The notes under the pieces were generated by a model. The model made no database searches and was not told where the DNA came from. It saw nothing but the letters and a program-made list of their open reading frames with translations. Positions 1-8,825 of a stretch of DNA of 14,770 nt are shown here, piece after piece. Each line of letters starts with the position of its first letter. Position 1 is the first letter of the stretch. Location of the stretch: assembly GCF_006345805.1 (NCBI RefSeq), contig NW_021825561.1, positions 1 through 14,770 on the forward strand, given 5' to 3'. A program made the position numbers and the translations under genes. This DNA is from Octopus sinensis (Eukaryota).

Positions 1-124
1 AGATATTATATAACAGAAATATAAATGGCGCCAATTAATTTAAAGACAGGGTATTTTAATTAGGCGTTAATTATTTCCGATTTTTGTTTCAATCACGTTT
101 TAATCTATATATGAATGGGAAGAG
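1..124 (+). repeat. Dispersed ~120-bp AT-rich repeat, copy A (may extend left of the window)
   Basis: AAATGGCGCCA..TTAATTA..TTAATTATTTC..AATCACGTTTTAA.CTATATATGAATG is colinear with 702-825; roughly 75-80% identity by eye. Confidence 0.8.
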
Positions 125-137
125 GAAATGAATATAG

Positions 138-225
138 GTGTACATATGTATATATATATATATATTATATATATCTATATATATATAAGCACATATATAT
201 ATGTATATATATATATGTATCTATA

Positions 226-289
<64 letters not shown>

Positions 290-495
290 TATATATACAT
301 ATACATATACATGTGCGTCTAAGTAGTATATATATATATATATATATTACATATATATGTACATATATATGTATATATATCATGTACCAGTGTGTGTGTC
401 TGCGATTCTTCCTGTGCTGTATATAATTATATGTATATACATATCCACACTTAGACGCACATATATACATATATATATATGTGTGTATATATACT
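138..495. repeat. (TA)n / (TACA)n compound microsatellite
   Basis: Direct reading. It explains the YI-repeat ORFs 115-426 and 165-470. Confidence 0.95.
311..462. mobile_element. Candidate MITE-like element with 14-bp terminal inverted repeats inside (TA)n
   Basis: ATGTGCGTCTAAGT (311-324) is the exact reverse complement of ACTTAGACGCACAT (449-462). Confidence 0.45.
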
Positions 496-527
496 CACAG
501 TCAGTGTTGATTTGCTTAAGCATCTGG

Positions 528-682
528 ACTTAGCGGTTCGGTAGACCGAGTCTGATAGAATAACTAACAGCCTAGAAAACAAATTAAGTTCTGGTGTCGA
601 TTTGTTCGTCTTATTCTTTCAAGCCGTTGCGCCAGAGTCGCCGCAATCCATTGACTGAAATAAAAAAAAGAAAAGAAAAAAA
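528..682 (+). mobile_element. Old degraded 3' remnant of the SINE family A tail
   Basis: ACTTAGCGGTTCGG..GATAGAATAA..GTCGATTTGTTCG..TGACTGAAA plus an A-rich tail; colinear with the tails at 1380-1510 and 6299-6440 (reverse). Confidence 0.75.
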
Positions 683-701
683 GGATATAAAAATTGACAA
701 G

Positions 702-825
702 AGATACCACACTAACACAAATGGCGCCATTTAATGTAAAGGAAAGATTATCTTAATTAATCATTAATTATTTCTGTGTCTGTTTTTTTAATCACGTTTT
801 AAACTATATATGAATGAGATGAGAG
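702..825 (+). repeat. Dispersed ~120-bp repeat, copy B, containing the 14-bp palindrome AAATGGCGCCATTT (719-732)
   Basis: Colinear with 1-124. Confidence 0.8.
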
Positions 826-1017
826 TATATATTATAATTTCTAATGATACAAGTTTAAACACGAAAAATTTAAGTGAACATTAGGTTATGATTAACAGGG
901 TCGATAATTGTCAAAAATTAAATGAACTTCACTTAATTTAAGAACATTAAAAGCATATTTTTTTAAAGTGTGTTTTTTTTTTGTTTGCTTCTTTACGTTT
1001 AGCAGTCATTTGATTAG

Positions 1018-1063
1018 GGGGTTCAGTTCCACTGCGTAGGGCATGTTTCTTCTATTATAGTCT
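1018..1063 (+). mobile_element. Short degraded fragment of the SINE family A head (B-box region)
   Basis: GGGTTCAGTTCCACTGCGT..TCTTCTATTATAGTCT resembles 1143-1194 (GGGTTCAGTCCCACTGCGT..TCTTCTACTATAGCCT). Confidence 0.65.
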
Positions 1064-1098
1064 ATTCGTTCTATTATTAAATAAAATTTTATATATAT

Positions 1099-1262
1099 AG
1101 TGGCTGTGTGGTAAGTGGCTTGCTTACCAACCACATGGTTCCGGGTTCAGTCCCACTGCGTAACATCTTGGGTAAGTGTCTTCTACTATAGCCTCGGGTC
1201 GACCAAAGCCTTGTGAGTGGATTTGGTAGACGGAAACTGAAAGACGCCCGTCGTATATATGA

Positions 1263-1293
<31 letters not shown>

Positions 1294-1511
1294 TATGTGT
1301 GTGTATATGTTTGTGTGTCTGTGTTTGTCCCCCCGACCAACATCGCTTGACAACCTATGCTGGTATGTTTACGTCTCCATAACTTGGCGATAGAATAAGT
1401 ACTAAGCCTACAAAGAATAAGTCCTGGGGTCGATTTGGTCGACTAAAGGCGGTGCTGCAGCATGGTCACAGTCAAATGACTGAAACAAGTAAAAGAGGAA
1501 AAGAATAAGAG
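1099..1511 (+). mobile_element. tRNA-derived SINE family A, near full length, with an internal (TA)n(TG)n tract
   Basis: A-box-like TGGCTGTGTGG, B-box-like GGTTCAGTCCC and a GTAAAAGAG-type tail. The head is ~94% identical to 6299-6728 (reverse). It has a short internal deletion near 1388 relative to that copy. Confidence 0.9.
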
Positions 1512-1560
1512 TATACATATTTATGATTGTGTGTATACATATGTGTGTGTCTTTCTTTCT

Positions 1561-1745
1561 CCTACCACTTGGCAGCCGGCTTTGGTTTGTTTATGTCCCC
1601 GTCACTCAGTGATTCAACATAAAAGAAGGAAATTTTAAGAACCAGACTTTAAAAATTAGTACTGGGGCAATTTGTCAAACTAAAACCCTTCAAGGTGGTG
1701 TCCCAGCATGGGCGCAGCTCAGTGACAGTCAATTAAAGACAATAT
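1561..1745 (+). mobile_element. Degraded SINE 3' half related to the family A tail (different subfamily)
   Basis: TTTATGTCCCCGT..AGTACTGGGG..AAGGTGGTGTCCCAGCATGG parallels the family A tail; it is preceded by a TG-rich tract like the internal microsatellite. Confidence 0.7.
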
Positions 1746-1762
1746 ATAAAGATTGTATTACA

Positions 1763-1887
1763 AAGATGTGAGGGTCATCTCTAGAACGTCTTGGATCCTG
1801 GCTTCAGAGGATTGACCCTGGGTTAAACAACATCTTGGCCTTGATCGTATGTATACCTTAACAGGCTTCTCCTGGGGTTAAACAACA
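1763..1887 (+). repeat. Short tandemly duplicated retroposon-tail-like repeat ending in GGGTTAAACAACA
   Basis: GGGTTAAACAACA is exact at 1820-1832 and 1875-1887. It resembles an abundant short octopus repeat with a (CAA)n tail (recalled, unverified). Confidence 0.5.
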
Positions 1888-1911
1888 GCAATGAGTATGT
1901 GCTCAATATTC

Positions 1912-2346
1912 GTCACACACACTCACACATACACGAGCCCACACACGCACACACACCACACACTCACACACACACGAGCGCACACACAAACACACACACA
2001 CACACGTAAATACACATCCGAATACATACACACACTCACACACTGTCCTTCACGGACACACATGGACACACACACTCACGAACACGCTGTCACTCAAATG
2101 CACGCAAGTACGTGCACGCCCAGACAACAGCCACCACCACTCCTACAAGAACCATCACCGCCCCACAAACCTCACATACACATGTACATACACACACTTA
2201 CACACTCATACACACACGCACTTACACATATACATACACACACACACACACACACACGACTACCATCTCCACAAACAACACTAATCCCACCACCATCACA
2301 ACCACAATGAACTTCATTATAACCACAAACACACTCACATACACAC

Positions 2347-2388
<42 letters not shown>

Positions 2389-3235
2389 ACTCATATATAC
2401 ACATACATCCCCACACACTCCCACAACTATCGCCTCTACAAACACCACTAATCCCACCACCATCACCACCACCACCAACAACAACAACTTCGTCATAACC
2501 ACACACGCATACACACACACATGCAAACACACACACACGCACGTATGGATACACATACACTAACACACACGCAGCCACACATACACTACACTCATCCACA
2601 CACGCGTACACACACTCCCACAACTATCACCTACACAAACACCGCTAATCCCACCACCACCACCACCACCACCATCACCACCACCACCACCACCATCACC
2701 ACCACCACCACGACAATCACCACCATCACCACCATCACCACCACCATCACCACCACCACCATCACCACCACCACCACCACCATCACCACCACCACCACGA
2801 CAGTCACCACCATCACCACCATCACCACCACGACCACCGCCACCACGACCACCATGACCACGACCACGACCACCACCACCATCACCATCATCATCATCAT
2901 CACCACCACCACCACCACCACCACCACCATAACCACCATCACACCACCATCACCACCACCACCACCACCATCACCACCACCACCACGACCATCCCACCAT
3001 CACACCACATCACCACCACCATCACCACCACCACCACCACCACCACCATCACCACCACCACCACCACCACCACCCCATCACCACCACCACCACCACCACC
3101 ACCACCACCATCACCACCACCACCACCACCCCACCACCATCACCACCATCACCACCACCACCACCGCCACCACGACCACCACGACCACGACCACCACCAC
3201 GACGATCACCACCACCACCGTCATCGTCATCATAA
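1912..3235. repeat. Compound (CA)n then (ACC)n/(ATC)n array with a higher-order unit
   Basis: The anchor CTAATCCCACCACCA occurs at 2281, 2448 and 2645, followed by a ~580-bp ACC/ATC expansion. It explains the HT/T/H/P homopolymer ORFs. Confidence 0.95.
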
Positions 3236-3239
3236 CGCA

Positions 3240-3552
3240 CCCCCACACACGCACACGTTCCATCATTATTGGCACGCACCACCACCACCACGCCCCATCC
3301 CTGTCACGCCGCCATACCACACCTCACACAGACTCTAGTGACATCTGTCGGTATGTGCAAGGTTGAGTCATTGTTTACACCAATGTGCAGTGTAATGCAA
3401 TGTAATGCATCAAGAAAGCGGCGGCGGCGGCGGCTGGTGCGGCGGCGGCGGCACTGACTGTGTTGCCTTTGATCCTCGTTCTGACAAACAAGCGTCAACC
3501 TTACAAGAATCCAGGTCGTGTTTACAACTTTTTAGTCTTCTAGCCCATAGAT
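3240..3552. promoter_or_regulatory. Unique-sequence island with clustered TF-like motifs (candidate enhancer)
   Basis: TGAGTCA (3364-3370) next to TGTTTAC (3372-3378), a second TGTTTAC (3519-3525), CCTTTGATC (3466-3474), tandem TGTAATGCA(A/T) (3391-3410) and a (GCG)n tract. Confidence 0.3.
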
Positions 3553-4209
3553 TCCACCACTACAACCACCACCGCCGTCACCACCACCACCACCATCACA
3601 CCCACCACTACCACCACCACCACCACCACCACCACCACCAACCCCACTACCACCACCAACACGACGACCACCACCACCACTACCACCACCACCACCACCA
3701 CCACAACCACCATCACCACCATCACCACCACCATCACCACCACAACCACCACAATCACCAACACCATACTACCACCACCACCTCTATCGTCCCTGCCGCC
3801 ATCATCACCATCACCAGTACGACCACCACCTGCATATCATGTTCACCAATTTTACCATCACCACCACCACCACCACCACCACCTCCATCACCGCCACCAC
3901 CACCACCATTTCAATCACTGCCGTCACCATGTCTACCGTCCTCGCCAGCATTCGATCACTGCTGCTGCCTTCTGCACCACCACCACCACCATCATCATTC
4001 TCATCCTTACCACCACCACCACCATCATTCCCATCACTACCACTACCACTATCACTGTCCCCATCATCACCGCCATAAGCACCAGCACCACCACCATCAC
4101 CATCACCACCATCAACATTACAACCCCATTTCCATCACTGTCATTCTTCCACCTCGCATCAGCATCACCATCATAATCATCGCCGTCATCACCTTCATCT
4201 TCACATCCT
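3553..4209. repeat. (ACC)n/(ATC)n degenerate trinucleotide array
   Basis: Direct reading. Confidence 0.95.
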
Positions 4210-4835
4210 CATAACGTCGCCGTCACTAGTGATCACTCCAAACACCGTGATGTTGACTGGAGGTTTGATTTATATACTTCCGGTACGTGTTTTGGGGACA
4301 CGGCAAGCCAACAGTTGTTCTGTGTGTTCACCATTCAGATCCTGGCATAATTTTTTCTCGTCTGAGAAAAACCGAAGCATGTTTGGTTGGAGAGGATACG
4401 TGAGCTTGTTCAAAAGCTTCATAGCGAGGTCTTATCTCTTTTACTTGACGGCTTGAGATAAAAAAATTGGACGTTTCTCACCCTGTATGACGAATACCGA
4501 ATGTTTTTTATGCACTACTTGCCTGATAAGAAACTCAGACACTCCCATATACTAGGCGGTTGACCTGATTGACTTGGAGGATCGTTGTCAATCATGGCCT
4601 GGATCTCGCCAACAAATTCAGGAGTTCTTTTCTTATCATAAAGATCGGAGTGAGTTTCCGAGTTGTCGTACCTCCGTAATCACCATTAGACTCACCCAGG
4701 TCTTTCTGAATCCTCTGTACTGTCCTCAGATTAACACTCAAACACTCTGAAATGTTCTGTATTGGAATTTTCGGCGTGAACGCTAAGCAGTACAGAATAT
4801 AGTTTCCAAATTTATGGCAGTGCGAATTGCGTCAT
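4210..4835 (-). pseudogene. Degraded mariner-type transposase N-terminal half (possibly DD37D/maT group)
   Basis: Frameshifted translation: MTQFALP*IWK / NISECLSVNLRTVQRIQKDLGES (HTH-like) / KKRTPEFVGEIQAMIDNDP / MGVSEFLIRQVVH / KLLNKLTYPLQPNMLRFFSDEK (first catalytic D at 4362-4360) / VNTQNNCWLAVSP / PVNITVFGVITSDGDVM. It has several stops and frameshifts. Confidence 0.9.
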
Positions 4836-4968
4836 GGTGCTGTTTTCCTCACAGACGGTACCCAACTGACCCTACTATACTGTGTAGTCGACGAAATCAG
4901 AAACAAATATTGGGCTTGCGCGAAATCAAAAATATAAAATGGCAACAATTTACACATCGCACCCTATA
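4210..4968 (-). mobile_element. 5' half of a Tc1/mariner-superfamily DNA transposon (one TIR, TA target, 3' half missing)
   Basis: The minus strand begins TA|(T)AGGGTGCGATGTGTAAATTGTTGCCATTTTATAT, a CAGGGTG-type TIR, followed by a degraded transposase. No second TIR is found in the window. Confidence 0.9.
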
Positions 4969-4970
4969 CA

Positions 4971-5026
<56 letters not shown>

Positions 5027-5077
5027 TAATATATATATATATATACATAATATAAATATTATATATATATATAATAG

Positions 5078-5122
<45 letters not shown>

Positions 5123-5125
5123 TAC

Positions 5126-5174
<49 letters not shown>

Positions 5175-5302
5175 CATACATATATAATATATATATATAT
5201 TATATATACAACATATATATTACATATACATACATACATATACATATGCATATACATACATACATACATACATATACATACATATATATATATATATACA
5301 TA
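4967..5302. repeat. (TA)n/(TACA)n microsatellite abutting the mariner TIR
   Basis: Direct reading. Confidence 0.95.
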
Positions 5303-5401
5303 GATACGACAGTCTTTAAGAAGAACTCAACAACTAGGAAATATGAAAATGATTATAAATCTCAGCTACGAAGATAAATGAATAAATAAATAAATAAAAT
5401 C

Positions 5402-5548
5402 ATGTTGAAGGACGTTGGTCACATAGTAAGAACTCGAGGTATACACAGGTTATTATCAGAAAGAAAGGTAAATGGTAAACGCTAGAGAGGAAGACCTAGA
5501 ACAAACTGGTTTGATATTACCAAGGGCTGAACGGGACTAGAGGATATT
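5402..5548 (+). mobile_element. RTE-like LINE ORF2 C-terminal fragment 1
   Basis: Translates MLKDVGHIVRTRGIHRLLSERKVNGKR*RGRPRTNWFDITKG*TGL, matching the RTE C-terminal pattern GHI.R...GKR.RGRPR..W.D. Confidence 0.8.
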
Positions 5549-5567
5549 AATGAAAGCTCGGTTTCAC

Positions 5568-6298
5568 AAACTAGAAGCTTTTGAAATGAAGACGTAGAGA
5601 AGAATGTTAATATTTTGGAAAAGAGACAAAAGTGATGAAGTGCTACAACTACTAGATACAGTGGAGGTGCAATGGCCCAGTGGTTAGGGCAGCGGACTCG
5701 CGGTCGTAGGATCGCGGTTTCGATTCCCAGACCGGGCGTTGTGAGTATTTATTGAGCGAAAACACCTAAAGCTCCACGAGGCTCCGGCAGGGATGGTGGT
5801 GATCCCTGCTGTACTCTTTCACCACAACTTTCTCTCACTCTTACTTCCTGTTTCTGTTGTACCTGTATTTCAAAGGGCCAGCCTTGTCACTCTCTGTGTC
5901 ACGCTGAATATCCCCGAGAACTACGTTAAGGGTACACGTGTCTGTGGAGTGCTCAGCCACTTACACGTTAATTTCACGAGCAGGCTGTTCCGTTGATCGG
6001 GTCAACCGGAACCCTCATCGTCGTAACCGACGGAGTGCTTCCACCACTAGATACAAAAATGGTCATTATTCTTAAGTATTTAAAATTGGAAGCGAAAGTA
6101 CTTTGCTCACATAACAAGATCAGAAAGTATATAAAGACTTACTGGAAGGAAAGATAAATGGTAAACACTCGAGAAGCAGATTTAGAATAAACTGATTTGA
6201 TAACACCAAGAAGCGGACCAAACTGGAGAATGTGTAGGAATATCAGAGAAAAGACCCGACTGGAGATTCTTGGTATTCAACGTGATGAGGGTTGATGT
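5568..6298 (+). mobile_element. RTE-like LINE ORF2 C-terminal fragment 2, interrupted by a SINE at 5661-6045
   Basis: KLEAFEMKT*RRML..W..DEVLQLLDTK (continuous once the SINE and one TSD are removed) / KRKYFAHITR / LLEGKINGKHSRSRFRIN*FDN / WRFLVFNVMRVD. Confidence 0.85.
5661..6045 (+). mobile_element. tRNA(Arg-like)-derived SINE family B, full length, with a 10-bp TSD
   Basis: A box TGGCCCAGTGG (5673-5683), B-box-like GTTTCGATTCC (5717-5727), TSD ACTAGATACA at 5651-5660 and 6046-6055. It may belong to the tRNA-Arg-derived octopus OR SINE group (unverified). Confidence 0.95.
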
Positions 6299-6728
6299 TT
6301 ACTCTTTACTCTTTAACTCGTTTAAGTCATGTGACTGTGGCCATGCTGGAGCACCACCTTTAGTCGAGCAAATCGACCCCAGGATTTATTCTTTGAATGT
6401 CTAGTACGTATTATATCGGTGTCTTTTGCCGAACCGTTAAGTCACGGGGACGTAAACACACCACCATCGGTTGTTAAGCAATGTTATGGGGACAAACTCA
6501 GACACGCAAACATATATATATATACACACACACAGACATACATACATATATATATACACATATACGACGGGCTTCTTTCAGTTTCCGTCTGCCAAATCCA
6601 CTCACAAGGCTTTGGTCGGCCCGAGGCTATAGTAGAAGACACTTTCCCGAGGTGTCACGCAGTAGGACTGAACCCGGAACCATGTGGTTGGTAAGCAAGC
6701 TACTTACCACACAGCCGCTCCTACGCCT
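6299..6728 (-). mobile_element. tRNA-derived SINE family A, full length
   Basis: Reverse strand AGGCGTAGGAGCGGCTGTGTGGTAAG..GGTTCAGTCC.., internal TA/TG tract (6511-6564) and a GAGTAAA repeat tail. It is homologous to 1099-1511. Confidence 0.92.
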
Positions 6729-7036
6729 TAATGAATGAATGTTTCGAGAAATTGGGCTCGGTAGCCAAACTAAGGGGACAGCTCTGAGCATAAGCCCTAA
6801 CTGGCTACCAGTAACGGTTTGTGCCTGTGAAAAGACGAAAGTTAAGAGAGTCAACGCCGATTGTAAAATGGTTGGGAGGAGAAAATAGGGGCCCCAACCC
6901 CACTATTTACCCCGAACAATGCATGGAGAAGCCTCGAATGAACCTCAGACCCTAACGCTGAGAGAATTGTGAGCATCGTCTCACTGATACTGCTGCAGCT
7001 CAAGGCCGTAATGTGTGGAGATGGATGGGATGGTAT

Positions 7037-7205
7037 TTAGCAGTATTTCGTCTGCCGTTACGTTCTGAGTTCAAATTCCGCCGAGGTCGACTTTGCCTTT
7101 CATCCTTTCGGGATCGATAAATTAAGTACCAGTTACACACTGGGGTCCGTTTGCCTGTCCTTGTTTGTCCTCTCTGTGTTTAGCCCCTTGTAGTAAAGAA
7201 ATAGA
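7037..7205 (+). mobile_element. SINE family C, 5'-truncated (A box missing)
   Basis: B-box-like GAGTTCAAATTCC and the central GAGGTCGACTTTGCCTTTCATCCTTTCGG..GATAAATTAAGTACC block; homologous to 7585-7730. Confidence 0.85.
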
Positions 7206-7248
7206 TATTTATGATGGAGTAGTAAAGAAATAGATATTTATGATGGAG
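7191..7248 (+). repeat. Perfect 29-bp tandem duplication
   Basis: TAGTAAAGAAATAGATATTTATGATGGAG at 7191-7219 and 7220-7248. Confidence 0.95.
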
Positions 7249-7277
7249 GCATGCATCCACCCGCCATGAAATGGGTA

Positions 7278-7331
7278 CATTCATTCATTCATCCATCCAT
7301 CCATTCGTTCATTCATTGATTCATTCATTCA
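7278..7331. repeat. (TTCA)n/(TCCA)n microsatellite
   Basis: Direct reading. Confidence 0.9.
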
Positions 7332-7584
7332 AGACTATGTTATGCAATGTATATATAATCATACTCTAACAGTATGATTTGAGAGAGATTTAGCTATTAT
7401 TTCTTGCAAATCGACTTTTAAGCCTGTTGCTGTCCCTTTAGCTTTTGTTATCGTTGCATGGTCTAATACACATTCAGATGACTCATCCCTTCATATACAC
7501 AGATCATTGGTGTACCGTCTGCGGCAGTAAGCTGTATTACATCATGGTATCTATTCTATAAATTGTCACATATCTTCTTACAGA

Positions 7585-7730
7585 TAACAAACTGGCAGGG
7601 TTATTAGAGCGAAGGGGAAAATGCCTGGCCGTATGTATTCTGGCTCTCCGAGTTCAAAACTCTCTGAAGTCAATTTTTTGCCTTTCATTCTTTCGGAGTA
7701 AAAAAAAAATAAAGTACCGATCACCTACTG
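7585..7730 (+). mobile_element. Older diverged SINE family C copy including the head
   Basis: CTGGCAG..AAAATGCCTGGCCGTAT..GAGTTCAAAAC..TTGCCTTTCATTCTTTCGG..AAAGTACC is colinear with 7037-7130. Confidence 0.75.
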
Positions 7731-7740
7731 AGATTCAGGC

Positions 7741-7743
7741 TTT

Positions 7744-7814
<71 letters not shown>

Positions 7815-7826
7815 GTCCTTCTTTCT
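7741..7826. repeat. (CTTT)n microsatellite
   Basis: Direct reading. Confidence 0.95.
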
Positions 7827-7924
7827 TGGTATTGGTTATAACCTTCATGTTGGGCCCCTTTTAATAAAACAACCCCCAAAGGGGGACTAATTTAATTCTC
7901 CAGGAAAGTTCCATAACACGTTAG

Positions 7925-7979
<55 letters not shown>

Positions 7980-7996
7980 TGATGATGATGATGATG

Positions 7997-8056
<60 letters not shown>

Positions 8057-8072
8057 TAATAATAATAATGAC

Positions 8073-8128
<56 letters not shown>
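7925..8128. repeat. (AAT)n with an internal (GAT)n block
   Basis: Direct reading. Confidence 0.95.
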
Positions 8129-8520
8129 GAGTTTTGACAAGCTCAGAAAATATAAAGACCTACTCATTGAAATTGAGAAAATGTGACATCTCAAGGTGGT
8201 TACAATACCAGTGATCGTAGGAACACTAGGAATGATCAAAAAGGGAACCGAAAATTATATGAGAATGATCCCTGGCTTACCATCCCTGCAAGAAGTGCAA
8301 AAGATTGTCTTAACTGGTACATCACACGTATTGAGAAGAGCATTGTCGATGTGAGAATTATTACTACCCATGTATTTTAATTTAACTTAAAAAAAAAAGA
8401 ATGAACGAACTATTGAGTTTAGTTTAATGGCCTACCAATGTATACTATGAGTTACTTTGCCCTAGGAGTCGGGAAGACACTCGGCAAGAAATGGAAGCAA
8501 ATTTGAAAGAAGAAAAAAAA
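8127..8520 (+). mobile_element. 5'-truncated R4/Dong-like non-LTR retrotransposon (RLE C-terminus plus 3' UTR) within (TAA)n
   Basis: 8133-8354 translates FDKLRKYKDLLIEIEKM*HLKVVTIPVIVGTLGMIKKGTENYMRMIPGLPSLQEVQKIVLTGTSHVLRRALSM*, with the RLE motifs K..KY..L and P.I.G.LG and one premature stop. TAA repeats flank it on both sides. Confidence 0.88.
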
Positions 8521-8539
8521 TAATAATGATAATAATAAT

Positions 8540-8797
8540 CTTTTCTTTATTAACGACAGAGGTTTCGTACAAAAGATTGTGGACAGTACAGGACAATACA
8601 AAAAAAGTGGGATTGAACGTGTAAATAAAGATAACAAAGATGTCCCCGAAAGAGGGAAACTTCCAAGGGCTACCCGCGGAACTCTCACAAAAACTACAAC
8701 CACTGTGACTGCTAGGGTAATTGCCATCCCCTCTTTGTCAACCCTTGATCTAGAACCGCATGCTTAGAGTAGGTCCGTTCACTCGGGCCAACGTGCC
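8540..8797 (-). mobile_element. LINE-like 3' end (probably L1/Tx1-type): last codons, 3' UTR and poly(A) signal
   Basis: The minus strand reads ..LARVNGPTLSMRF*, then a T-rich UTR, AATAAA and an (ATT)n tail. The family assignment is from recalled octopus repeats only. Confidence 0.55.
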
Positions 8798-8825
8798 AAT
8801 TATTTGTTAGATCTTTGGGGAGAGT

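Noticed and set aside
1089-1343. Similar ORFs shared between loci (1089-1343, 6419-6738, 5793-5996, 8943-9128)
   Set aside because: They are incidental translations of SINE copies.
4477-4488. Internal TACAGGGTG resembling the mariner TIR
   Set aside because: It is in the same orientation as the 5' TIR and lies inside the transposase coding remnant, so it is a chance match.
5661-5740. Functional tRNA gene
   Set aside because: The tRNA-like head continues into a 385-bp SINE body with a TSD, and the anticodon and acceptor stems are degenerate.
7357-7379. Hairpin AATCATACT-CTAAC-AGTATGATT
   Set aside because: A 9-bp AT-rich stem is plausible by chance in 15 kb of AT-rich DNA.
7478-7526. Plus-strand 49-nt exon candidate (CAG|ATG...GCA|GTAAGC)
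   Set aside because: The acceptor tract is poor, the peptide is unrecognisable and there is no supporting neighbour exon.
8183-8380. ORF MTSQGGYNT... as a gene
   Set aside because: It is an off-frame reading of the R4/Dong RLE remnant.
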